A DNA stretch of 64,000 nucleotides from Nitrososphaeraceae archaeon (lineage in GTDB: Archaea > Thermoproteota > Nitrososphaeria > Nitrososphaerales > Nitrososphaeraceae): positions 1 through 64,000 of the forward strand of contig DATFEP010000058.1 of the NCBI GenBank assembly GCA_035250975.1, given 5' to 3'. The translations under genes and the position numbers were made by a program. This document shows positions 33,149-43,356 of the stretch, piece after piece. The first letter of the stretch is position 1, and each line of letters opens with the position of its first letter. A model generated the notes under the pieces. The model had not been told where the DNA came from. It worked only from the letters and a program-made list of their open reading frames with translations, and did no database searches.

Positions 33149-33612
33149 TTCATATTATTAAAGGGTTGCAAACAATTACTTTAGATGATAAAAATATTGG
33201 TAAGGTAAAAGGCATAGATAAAAAAAATAGGAACTACTTTATTGTCTTTAAAAAAGGTCTTTTTAATGATGAGGAATTTCATATACCTATTGAGGCTATA
33301 ATTCGAAAAGCAAAACTCGATAATAAGATTTTTTTAAATTTGAAAGAATCACAACTAAAACATGGGCACGAATTACTAAAAAAACATAAACCATCAGATC
33401 TCGTAAAAGGAAAATCATATCCAACATTTGCTAATCCTTTCGAAAAAGAGATAATTCGATATGAAGCATTTCCTACATCTAAAACTACAAAGGAAGTTAA
33501 AAAGGAGATGCCAAGTAAATTTTTGTGTGATAGCTGTTCCGAAGAGTTTAAAAATGGTCAAAATTTAGAACAGCACAGATTGGAAAAGCATTTTGGCCCC
33601 GTTGGTATATAA
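33145..33612 (+). CDS. PRC-barrel-like protein with C-terminal C2H2 zinc finger
   Basis: TLDDKNIGKVKGI...KKGLF...FHIP; CDSC..F.....LEQHRLEKH. Confidence 0.78.
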   Translation: MIHIIKGLQTITLDDKNIGKVKGIDKKNRNYFIVFKKGLFNDEEFHIPIEAIIRKAKLDNKIFLNLKESQLKHGHELLKKHKPSDLVKGKSYPTFANPFEKEIIRYEAFPTSKTTKEVKKEMPSKFLCDSCSEEFKNGQNLEQHRLEKHFGPVGI

Positions 33613-34515
33613 TATATTCAATAATTACATTTTAGGTTTTTAGATGTACGAGTGTTCTTCTTCTAACGTAAAGTCTGTTTCTATTTTATTAGGCGTCCAA
33701 TCTTTTGACTCTAGAACGGACAAACTAAAATATTAGTAGCTTTCACTATTATTATTTAATTACTCGGGATTTGTTTTGAGGCAAAAAGTGATATTTATTG
33801 GTTGTAGAGGTATAAAATAAAAGTTAAAAATCAGTGGTGATAGGACAGCCGGATGCATTACTTTATACCTTTTATTTTATATTTCTTGGTCTTAACGTTC
33901 CTTGTAGTTCATACACTTCTGAATGTTATAAGTATTAAAAAAAGAATTTTTGTAGAATAATATTCATAGATTTTTGTCCAAAATCGGGAACATGATGGAA
34001 AGAGAGTTGGTAAATTGCTGACAGACCAAAGAAAAATTTGGTGAAGATCTACTCAATAGTGTTATAGATCTATTTCAAGATTCTCATTATGTATGTCATA
34101 GCTTTCAGAACAAAGAATAACTGGGCTACTTTAAGCGGTTATGGTCCTATTGGCGACATGAAGGATATGAAATGTATTTACAATATCCATACAGATCACT
34201 AGAATTATTCTGATCATTACGATCATGATTATTACATTACAATGATTTCTTTATCATCTTTATTCCTGTTAACTGCAGTTGGTTTATGTGTGGCTATCTT
34301 TTATGGGGACATGGGATCTTTTCCTCTATAATAATTTTTTTTCTTTCATATTAAATAAGAATACTCATTTTATTATATACCCATTACATGCATACTGATT
34401 ATATTTTTAATTTAACTACGGTAAGCTGAATGAAAGTTTAAGCGATTACTCTAGCCTCTTAATTAGTTTTTGTTAATGGTTATAAACGATATTGTATCAT
34501 TAATAAGTAGATATA

Positions 34516-35001
34516 ATGGCAGCTAAAACCATAATAGAACAAAAAATTGGAGAAGCAATAGGTTTAGAGAAAGCAGCTCAAAAAGCAGTTGAAGAACTAA
34601 AAGCAAAAGGATTGATAAAAGCAGAGCATGAAAAAAAACTAATGACTATGAAGAAAGAGGCAAATGAGCAACAGATTAAGATGGAAGGACTCATCCAGAA
34701 TATCGCTGAGAGCGAGGGATTAGATTTAGATAATATCAGTTCCGTTACTGAGGAAACGGCTGAAAAAGCATCCAAGATAATGGATACTTATTTGGGGGAA
34801 TCACCAGACGAGCAAGAAGCATTAGAATTTTTATGTTTAGCAGAAGGAGCAGAGGTTACTCATTACGAGGTTCTGTCTTCTATTGCAAAAGATATAAAGA
34901 GCAGAAAATTTGCGACAACCGTTAGGTCCATACTGAAAGAAGAAACAAACCATTTGAATTTATGTACGAAATTAGCCAAGCAAAATATTAGCAGGCAGTA
35001 A
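34516..35001 (+). CDS. Ferritin-like four-helix protein (DUF892/YciF-like)
   Basis: E..GLEK, AEGAEVTHYEVL, ILKEETNH di-iron-type ligands. Confidence 0.8.
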   Translation: MAAKTIIEQKIGEAIGLEKAAQKAVEELKAKGLIKAEHEKKLMTMKKEANEQQIKMEGLIQNIAESEGLDLDNISSVTEETAEKASKIMDTYLGESPDEQEALEFLCLAEGAEVTHYEVLSSIAKDIKSRKFATTVRSILKEETNHLNLCTKLAKQNISRQ

Positions 35002-35029
35002 GAAAACCCATTATACATTTATTTTAAAT

Positions 35030-35803
35030 TTATTTTAATTTACATAGGGGTGGCAGTTCATGCTTATGCTGATTTTTTTCAATAAGTAACTTTACTTTTA
35101 AAATTTTTCTTTTAGTAATATTAGGGCTCGGAGATATAGAAGGTTTTGAGTTTTTATTTTCTAAGAATTGCAAAATCTTGTCAATTTCTTCATATTCTAG
35201 ACCTAATTCTTTCTCGGCAGTCTGACCCTTCCACAGACGAGCACTACTTCTTTTATTGATTATTTTGATAGGAATCGGCAAATATTCAGCAAGGGACCTT
35301 ACCTCCGTTTTGTAAAGGTCCCCAATAGGAAATAGATCAACAGCTCCATCTCCGTATTTTGTATAATACCCTAGCATGATTTCACTTTTATCTCCTGTAC
35401 CTAAAACCAAGCTGTGCTTTACAGTTGCATAATAGTAAAGGACTGACATTCTTAGCCTCACTAAAAGATTTGCGACTGCCAATTTATTTTTGGGAAGATT
35501 TTTGGCTAACTCTTTTTTGATCTTTTTTAGCTGTATTACTTTATAATTTATTTTTAAATTCTTTGCTAATTTAATAGCGTCCTTTGTATCATCTTCTGGA
35601 GTGACGGAAGAATCTGGAAGAATTAATCCAAATACCTTTTTGTTTCCTAAGGCTTCCACTGCTAATACTACGACCAGAGATGAGTCTATTCCACCGCTCA
35701 AACCTACAACTATGCCCTTTGATTTTCTTTTTTGTACTTCTTCTCTTATAAAATTCACTATCGTATTAATCACAGCAATATGATCATTTTTATCCTTAAA
35801 CAA
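35030..35803 (-). CDS. nadE: NH3-dependent NAD+ synthetase
   Basis: GLSGGIDSS, RLRM, GYYTKYGDG, DLYKTEV, SARLWKGQTAE. Confidence 0.95.
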   Translation of the reverse strand: MFKDKNDHIAVINTIVNFIREEVQKRKSKGIVVGLSGGIDSSLVVVLAVEALGNKKVFGLILPDSSVTPEDDTKDAIKLAKNLKINYKVIQLKKIKKELAKNLPKNKLAVANLLVRLRMSVLYYYATVKHSLVLGTGDKSEIMLGYYTKYGDGAVDLFPIGDLYKTEVRSLAEYLPIPIKIINKRSSARLWKGQTAEKELGLEYEEIDKILQFLENKNSKPSISPSPNITKRKILKVKLLIEKNQHKHELPPLCKLK

Positions 35804-35989
35804 TTTAATACTGATAAGCTCTTATTTCTTATATACATATTAGTCAGTTCACGTCTCAATTACTTACATTTAAAAAAATACCTTTAATTCAATAATCTAT
35901 TAAGTTATTAAAATGACATATTTGTCTTGTTTTTACTTATGTTTAATCCATATATATTTTGTTTAGAATATTATTAGTCATAATACAAC

Positions 35990-36547
35990 AGAAAAAATCA
36001 AATAAACTAAAATATGAACAAATGGGGGGAAAACCCAGTAGAATTACCTCATTCGTAAGCAAAACAAATAGTAGAACAGTTGAATGGAAATCTTACAACT
36101 TTTTATCTGATTTTTTTCAAATAATAAGCATCTCTGGTTAGTTGAAGGGACTGACTGGAAGCATATACATCTGGCATTAGAATAATATTCAAATTCTATT
36201 TCCGCACAAGCAGACTCCAATTCTGAGAGAATCGTAGCCATTGGAGGCATACCGACATCAGATCCATCTAAATTTGAAGGGATTTCAAGAGTAAAATTTG
36301 AAGTAGAAGATAACATAAATTTAAGATCAATGCTAGACCATGATTTAGAAACAGAGGAAAAGGTCATTAGAGAAATCCGAGAAAAAATTAAGTTACTACT
36401 GAAAACCAAGACTATGCCACGGAGCATATCTTGAAAGCTATTTTTGTTAGACAAGAGGAGATAGCGCACGAATTAGATCGTTATCTGAAAAATGAAAGTT
36501 TCGAAGTAATTACGGAATGTAAATGTCCTGAGTTTAATCCGTCATAA
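35990..36547 (+). pseudogene. dps: Dps/DpsA-type DNA-protection ferritin, disrupted
   Basis: Manual translation ENPVELPHS*AKQIVEQLN...KHLWLVEGTDWKHIHLALE*...ERIVAIGGIP...MLDHDLETE...DYATEHILKAIFVRQEEIAHELDRYL; stops at 36056 and 36183 plus two frameshifts; start approximate. Confidence 0.85.
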
Positions 36548-36685
36548 CAATAAGGGAGAACAAAGAGATAAAACGCCTTATTATGGGATTCATTTACTTC
36601 AGTTTATAATTATGTGGTGTAGACACATATTTACACTACAATTAAGTACATAATCAGATTTATAGTTTATTGTACAAATAGAATT

Positions 36686-37159
36686 ATGAAAGAGAAAAGT
36701 TACTTATGTATAAAAGCGTCGAACGTGAATACGATTAGCTATTCAATAGCAATTATAACATCTTTAGCTTTGACGAGCCCAATATTATTCCCTCTTGTTT
36801 TAGCACAGGAAACACAGATAGACCTTACTGCCCCAGAAGCATCTACTCCTTATGGAGGAGAAAAAAGAGGAACCTTATTGATTTCTACACAAGATAATAA
36901 TCTAAACTTGCAGGCCGAAATTGATGTAGCTGCATCCCAAGATAGAGTATATGAAGGATGGTTAGAAGATGCCAGTGGATCAGGGTACAAATTGAGCTTA
37001 GGTGAATTTGACAATAATGAATTAAATTTTACTCAGAAAATGGTCAATCCATATACCTACTCCCAATTCGTGATAACCGAGGAACCAAATGACGATGTGG
37101 ACCCACTTGGATCTGACGTAGCTGCAGGAGCAAAATTAGAAAGTCCTTTTGGACAATAA
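36686..37159 (+). CDS. Secreted protein with RskA C-terminal-like (anti-sigma-K type) beta domain
   Basis: Signal peptide ending VLAQ; VYEGWL, LSLGEF, FVITEEP motifs. Confidence 0.7.
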   Translation: MKEKSYLCIKASNVNTISYSIAIITSLALTSPILFPLVLAQETQIDLTAPEASTPYGGEKRGTLLISTQDNNLNLQAEIDVAASQDRVYEGWLEDASGSGYKLSLGEFDNNELNFTQKMVNPYTYSQFVITEEPNDDVDPLGSDVAAGAKLESPFGQ

Positions 37160-38052
37160 AATTTTATTTTTTTTATAAATATTGCCCTTTGAGGCATAAT
37201 GAATAATTAACAATATTATATACATTTTTATTATATCGTATACCCAATTTTAAGGAATCCTTAAATATCTGACAATTTTCCTCTCAAATCTTGCTTGATT
37301 TAATTATACTAATTCTTGCATTGACTTCATTGTGGTTATATTATTACTTATTTATATGCTTATTTGGAGAGCTTTATCACATGTTATTGTATGTCATTTT
37401 TACAATAAAGATAGAAATTAACGTATTAATGTCAACAATGATCCCAACAAAGAAGAATAGAAGTAGTTTTAGGTATCTTTTAAAAACAAATGTACTACCA
37501 AATGATTTTTACGATCGATAATTAGATTCAATATAACGAAAAACTGTTTGCTATCATATGCCGATTAAAATAATTATTAATTCTGCGGTGAAGGTTCAAG
37601 ATTAGAATAACAACCAGCCCAGGATACGAAAAAGTCAAAGAGAATTATATTTTAACTCATTATTTACCTATTATTGTGTGAATTAATTAAGTTGTTGATT
37701 TTAATTCAAAAGTGTAATTAATTTTCCTTTTCTATTATTCTCGTAATCTTGTAGTTAAAACAATATGTCTCAACCACAAATCAAAACGTTCGAAAATTAC
37801 AGAATATAATTATAACTCTTTTTACAATAAAAAATGAATCAAGTTAGTCAGACACACAGTTTCCAGTAGATCTAATGATTATATCAGCTAAAGATATTAG
37901 AATTATTTGGTATTAAAAATAAGAATGACGTATTATTAAATTACATGACTAAATTAAAAGATATAACAATTAGACAATTTAGATTTATTTTACATACTTT
38001 AGTATCAAAAAAATATAAAAAATAAATGTTAGGAAGGATAATCTATTTTACT

Positions 38053-38340
38053 CTATTTTCCTAAATCTTTCATACCTTCGCCTATATCGGATAAGACTTC
38101 TCCTGTACCCTTAGCAAGTCCTTTAGCGGCTTCTCCAGTTTTATCTAATATTTCTGAACCAACTTCAGATGCATTCTCTCCCGCTTCTTCTGCCGTTTTA
38201 TTAATTGATTGTGCGGTATCTTTAACAGTTTGATTTGTTTCTTCGGAAATTCCAAAAACTGGAATTACGACCGATCCTACTAAAGCTGACAGTACAAATG
38301 TGAGAGAGAGTAATATTCCGTTTTGAAGATGATTTGTCAA
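38053..38340 (-). CDS. Secreted LEA/hydrophilin-like helical protein
   Basis: Signal peptide, then roughly 11-mer A/G/E/K/T repeats. Confidence 0.7.
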   Translation of the reverse strand: MTNHLQNGILLSLTFVLSALVGSVVIPVFGISEETNQTVKDTAQSINKTAEEAGENASEVGSEILDKTGEAAKGLAKGTGEVLSDIGEGMKDLGK

Positions 38341-38531
38341 TCTAATGGTGCCTCTTTTGTCTTTTCTTTTTCGTATTCAGTTTCTAAATCTCTATCATGA
38401 TCTTGTATTTTTTTACCTACCGCCTTTAATCCAGCCTTTATTTTATCTCCTGCACCTTCATCCGAATCGCTATAATCAGTTTCGCTATCTGTATCTACTT
38501 TATACTCTGTTTCTTTTTTTATTTCTACCAT
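38337..38531 (-). CDS. Small highly charged hydrophilin-like protein
   Basis: 64 aa D/E/K-rich, ETEY repeated, GDKIKAGLKAVGKK; 4-nt overlap with next gene. Confidence 0.7.
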   Translation of the reverse strand: MVEIKKETEYKVDTDSETDYSDSDEGAGDKIKAGLKAVGKKIQDHDRDLETEYEKEKTKEAPLD

Positions 38532-38675
38532 TATATTATACTACACATTAAACTATATTAACATCATCCTTCTTTTTTAAAAAATGACTTAATATTGAGA
38601 TTTATTCATATAATCCTAAAATGCCTAAATTTGGTCAACAAAATATATTAGCATGATCATTTATTATATTGTTAA

Positions 38676-38846
38676 ATGGTTTCTTTAGAAAGTGGTATTG
38701 CTCTAATAATAGTGGGAATTATTGTATTATTTCTAAACCGACTGCTACCTTCACTCCCCGCTCGTATCATGTATGTGATAGGTTCGATCCTTCTTGTCAT
38801 TGGAATAATACTAGTTATCGTCTATTTAGTATATGCGGTAGTATAG
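38676..38846 (+). CDS. 56-aa two-TM membrane protein (not in ORF track)
   Basis: MVSLESGIALIIVGIIVLFLNRLLPSLPARIMYVIGSILLVIGIILVIVYLVYAVV*; T-run terminator-like sequence follows. Confidence 0.7.
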   Translation: MVSLESGIALIIVGIIVLFLNRLLPSLPARIMYVIGSILLVIGIILVIVYLVYAVV

Positions 38847-39228
38847 GAGCTTCTATAATTTTTTTTATTTCGTGCCCCGATTTTCCTATCTTACAATATA
38901 ATAGTTACCTAGATAATTTGCCACTATTGTTTTATAATGGATTTTCATTTATCTTAATATTTTTTAATTTATAACTATCTCGTCAAAAATAAGGATAGAA
39001 AATCGGAAGGTTACAAAAATAATTTGTCAAAATCACGAAGTTTTAACTGTTATTACAAGTATAGTCAATTGAAATTAGAATTGAAAATATCGAACATACA
39101 TTTCTATTTATCTCAAATCTGTCCATTTTAACATTTAAATTCTGCTTGAAGTTATTGGTTTAACAAAGACAGCTATGTTATTTGCCTTTACTTTTAACAT
39201 TCCTTATACTTTTTGTATCTTAAAATGA

Positions 39229-39732
39229 TTATTTATTCATAATAAAGCTTATCTGTCCATTAATCTCTAGATAAGATAATCGTACATCGGATAGGTCATC
39301 CGTACCGTGCAATCGCATGTGCGATTCGAACTCATTCTTCGCAATTTTAGCTTTTTCTAATGAACCTTCTAGAAACTTTCCATTCTTAACCAACAAAATA
39401 GGTTCAGGCGTGATCATTTTATTGAATATCTTGCTTTTCGTAGTTAAGTAATCATAAAGCTTAAACATTCCTATAACAATTAGAACTGCGGTAAAAGCGT
39501 GTGGTATTGATATCTCTGAAATCATTGGATCTCCTATTGCAGAACCAAGTCCCAACAGTATTATTAGTTCCGTAGTAGTAAGTTGACCTAATCCCTTGTT
39601 ACCTAGAAGTTTTATCGCAAATAAAATAAATATGGTTATAATTGCTGTCCTAAAAATTATTGATGAAATAATTACATTGTCCGTCTTAAATGCATCCGAT
39701 ATTATTCCTAATGAGAATAATTCTACCAACAT
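39229..39732 (-). CDS. DUF421 (YetF-like) membrane protein
   Basis: KLLGNKGLGQLT..E...LGSAIGDPM, P.LLVKNG, YLEINGQIS. Confidence 0.88.
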   Translation of the reverse strand: MLVELFSLGIISDAFKTDNVIISSIIFRTAIITIFILFAIKLLGNKGLGQLTTTELIILLGLGSAIGDPMISEISIPHAFTAVLIVIGMFKLYDYLTTKSKIFNKMITPEPILLVKNGKFLEGSLEKAKIAKNEFESHMRLHGTDDLSDVRLSYLEINGQISFIMNK

Positions 39733-40407
39733 ATTTTTATTATAACTAAACCAGGCTCATATAGTTAATGTCTAATTGAATTATTAGAAGGAACTGATTG
39801 TTGAATAAATTCTTTCGAATAAGTTAAAAATAAATGAAAAATTAATATCAAGAGATAAACCTGATTAAAATATTATTTACTCCCATACGATAACTATTTG
39901 CTACTATATACTGCCAAAAATTAAACCAATTGTAAGATTCATCGAAGGAATTATCCGACTTGACTATGTGTCAACGCTGAAAAATTAGAAGATAAACAGA
40001 AAATATTACAATTTCGGTATTAAACAATTGTTGTTCTTGTAGTACATATTAAAATCAGTGTATAAAATTAGTATTACTTTTTATTACTTTGTTGGTAAAA
40101 TCACAAGATTGGAGATGAATTTATTAATACAAATACCTCTAAAAAGGTTTTGACTTCGAAGTCTTAAAGAACTATATTCCTTCCTAAATAAAAATTAGAA
40201 ATTACTAGACATAAAACTCGCCTATAAATCCTTTTTAAAAATATTTTTTAATACAGACGTTATCGGCAAACATCTTGAATTGAAAAAATTAGACAATCCT
40301 TTGAGATGCAATAAATTAAGGGTATCAAACTAATAAACCAAAATATTTAGTATCGACATTGAGAAGTAACATTATTTAAATTATGATGTGATTATAATAA
40401 ATAGCTG

Positions 40408-40971
40408 ATGACCTTAATTGGGGATTTTTATAGATGGTTTAGTAGCAAGATTTCTTCTCGTCCTACCAATTTTAGCTGGGTCATAAAAGATCAATTAGCG
40501 GGAAGTGGATTGCCACTAACATTTAAGCAGTTTCAATGGATAGAAAGTGAAGGTATCCAAACTATTATAACATTAAGAGAGATTTCATTGCCCCCGAAAT
40601 GGTTTGACACTTTAGAAAATTTAAACAACAATAACAAGTTAGACCGTATAAAAAATTCTCAAGAAAATAAAATGAATTATTTACATCTATACGTAGAAGA
40701 TTATAAAGTACCATCAATTCAAAAGATGGATTCCACCGTTGAATTTATTGAAAATGAAATCAAAGTGAAGAGACCCGTAATGGTTCATTGTGCAGCAGGT
40801 AGGGGAAGGACGGGTACAATACTGGCAGCTTATCTATTAAAAAAAGAAAAACTGTCGCCGGAACAAGCAATCAAAAAGATCAGAGAAATTAGACCTGGCT
40901 CAATCCAAACAAAAATACAAGAAAAATCTATATACGAATACTCAAGTTATATAAATTCGCCAAAAAACTAA
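40408..40971 (+). CDS. Dual-specificity protein phosphatase family protein
   Basis: NFSWV, VEDYKVP, CX5R loop VHCAAGRGRTG, IREIRPGSIQT. Confidence 0.93.
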   Translation: MTLIGDFYRWFSSKISSRPTNFSWVIKDQLAGSGLPLTFKQFQWIESEGIQTIITLREISLPPKWFDTLENLNNNNKLDRIKNSQENKMNYLHLYVEDYKVPSIQKMDSTVEFIENEIKVKRPVMVHCAAGRGRTGTILAAYLLKKEKLSPEQAIKKIREIRPGSIQTKIQEKSIYEYSSYINSPKN

Positions 40972-41071
40972 GACATTGGTGGATCACTTTGATTATTGCA
41001 TATCATTATTATTCTGCTTGTAGTATATACAAATATATGATTATTAATTAATATCTTAGATACATATTAAA

Positions 41072-41461
41072 ATGAATTTTGATCAACTAGATGAATGCAT
41101 TTATTCAGTAAAGCAGGCAAGAAATGCTAGCAAAGAGGGGAAATTAAAAAAACTAGAAGGAAAAATTATAGATTTTATATTAAGTGAAAATTTCATTTTT
41201 CCTGTGGAAAAAAAAGTTCTAATAAATGACAATAGTGCTTCTTTTGTATACAAAGGTAATAAAACATTCACGAACACGTTTGAATTTCTGAGTGAACTGC
41301 TTGAATTAGAAATTCCTTTTCATTTGAATGGCTGTAAATTTGGTCCGTCAGAAATCATAGTTGCGGCGACCAATGAAGAAAATGCAAAGAGCAAATTAGA
41401 AGAAAATACTCATCTCCTCCAAAACATGGTTAAATCAAAAATAATGAAAGGAAAAAAATGA
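41072..41461 (+). CDS. Hypothetical protein
   Basis: 129-aa ORF between the phosphatase and the kinase. Confidence 0.75.
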   Translation: MNFDQLDECIYSVKQARNASKEGKLKKLEGKIIDFILSENFIFPVEKKVLINDNSASFVYKGNKTFTNTFEFLSELLELEIPFHLNGCKFGPSEIIVAATNEENAKSKLEENTHLLQNMVKSKIMKGKK

Positions 41462-41614
41462 AATGGCTAATATACAATATGATAAGCAATATAAAATAGG
41501 ACAAAAATTGGCAAAAAGACAGTAGGGATAAAAATGAAATTTTTCAAGATTAACGAGCTCAAAAGTATTATAAGCGACTAGATGAATAATTGTTGAAAGT
41601 GGTTATTTGGTTAT

Positions 41615-42583
41615 TTGAAGAATTTGGAAATTAGTAGAATAATTATTATAAATCCTAGTTCTCAGAGTGGACGTACTGGAAAAAATAAGGAGATCCTTTT
41701 TAATGCTCTAACGGAATCATTTAAAAATTCCAAAATAATTTTCACAAAGAAACCAGGTGATGGTAAAAAATTGGCCAGGCAGTACTTGAACAAAGGATAC
41801 AAAGAGATTCTTGCTGTTGGAGGTGATGGAACCATAAACGAGGTAGGTAACGGGTTTTTTGAAATTATTAATGGAGACAAACCAGATCTGATAAAAAATA
41901 TAAATCCTAAGGCAATATTTTCTATACTGCCTGCTGGAACGAGAAATGTCTTTGCAAATTCACTTGGTCTGCCACAAGAGTTTGAACAATGTGTTGATTC
42001 ATTAAGTAAATTAAAACCAAAAAAAATTGATGTCATCACAGCTATTGTTACTAACCCCATTTCAAAAAAACCTACAAGACCTCGAATTTGTTTTAATGCC
42101 GTAGAGATCGGGGCGGCAGCTGAAATAATACAAAGATCAAAGAAAATCAGAAGTAAAATAAACAGCAGATTAATATCGACTATAACAGGTATTATTTCAA
42201 CCGTACCGACTTATACAAGCAATATGTTCGAGATCACAATTGACGATAAAATAACTATAAATCAAAATGTTACAATTTGTATTATTGCAAATGGAAAATA
42301 TTTAGGGGGACAAATTAAAGTCGCACCTCAGTCAAGTATTTCAGATGGTTATTTAGATGTAATACTTCTTTTAGATTCTGGAAGTTTGATGATGTTAGAC
42401 GGGATCGTCCGGATGAAAAGTGGCAATTATTTTGAAAAAGATAACATTCTGTATTTTAAAGCCAAGAAAATCCATATAAAATCTAAAGAAAGAAGTGTAA
42501 GCATTAGTGTTGATGGTGAACCAATAGGAATTCTTCCAGCGACTTTTCAAATTTTGCACAAGAAATTATTAATGAAGTTTTAG
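41615..42583 (+). CDS. Diacylglycerol kinase (YegS/DAGK-cat) family lipid kinase
   Basis: IINPSS, VGGDGTINEV, LPAGTRN, ANGKYLGG, DGYLDV, VDGE. Confidence 0.92.
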   Translation: MKNLEISRIIIINPSSQSGRTGKNKEILFNALTESFKNSKIIFTKKPGDGKKLARQYLNKGYKEILAVGGDGTINEVGNGFFEIINGDKPDLIKNINPKAIFSILPAGTRNVFANSLGLPQEFEQCVDSLSKLKPKKIDVITAIVTNPISKKPTRPRICFNAVEIGAAAEIIQRSKKIRSKINSRLISTITGIISTVPTYTSNMFEITIDDKITINQNVTICIIANGKYLGGQIKVAPQSSISDGYLDVILLLDSGSLMMLDGIVRMKSGNYFEKDNILYFKAKKIHIKSKERSVSISVDGEPIGILPATFQILHKKLLMKF

Positions 42584-42728
42584 TAGCTAAGAATTTGTAA
42601 TTACAGAATATGTATAATTATAGTATGTCAGTTATTATTTAGATTATGTATATGTGAAATTCTAATATGAAGTATATATTACATTTGCAATGAATAAATA
42701 TTGTCACATAAGCTTATCCTTTTATCTT

Positions 42729-43007
42729 TTAATTTTCTAGAACAGATTTAATATGAAACTTTATTCCGCAAAATGGACAGTATGAAATTGGAAGTTCGTA
42801 CAATTCTAAATTATTCTCTCCAGCATATCCTAAAGTATCGATAAGGTATATTTTTAAGTCTTTTACATCATAATTGGAAACACCGATCAGATTTTTTTTT
42901 AAAGCCTGTTTAAACAAAGGGCAGCATGTTGTTAATAATTTTTTTTCTCTTAATAAATCTCCATCATATTTGATAAGAATTAACATTTCAATTGTATTGG
43001 TTTCCAA
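42729..43007 (-). CDS. Small Cys-rich hypothetical protein
   Basis: TCC...ISYCPFCG; start uncertain. Confidence 0.65.
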   Translation of the reverse strand: METNTIEMLILIKYDGDLLREKKLLTTCCPLFKQALKKNLIGVSNYDVKDLKIYLIDTLGYAGENNLELYELPISYCPFCGIKFHIKSVLEN

Positions 43008-43356
43008 ATTCTCTGACTAAATTATATACAACATCTATATTAGGTCTTTCTGTATATATTGATTCCAATTAAGTAGAAACCACTATTCGAAATTAGGCTT
43101 CTTGGAAATTCCTGTGGATATGAATCTAATAGTTATTCAAATACCGCGATGCGTCAGCTAATTTAGTTTGTGTATTTTTTTCTTCATTTTTTTAACATCA
43201 TATCAAGAGAAATATAGATAATAGCATCAGCTATCACATTAGATCCTTACAAACACTAAATCTAGGTGAACTCATATTTTTTTGTCAAGATTATATTTTT
43301 ATATTGATGAAAGTAGACAATAAAATAATTAAATGCTAGATATTACTAATCAATTA

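Noticed and set aside
36044-36469. 141-aa minus-strand ORF
   Set aside because: Antisense shadow of the dps pseudogene
38669-38974. 101-aa plus-strand ORF
   Set aside because: Overlaps in another frame a cleaner two-TM ORF (38676-38846) and runs through its terminator-like T-run
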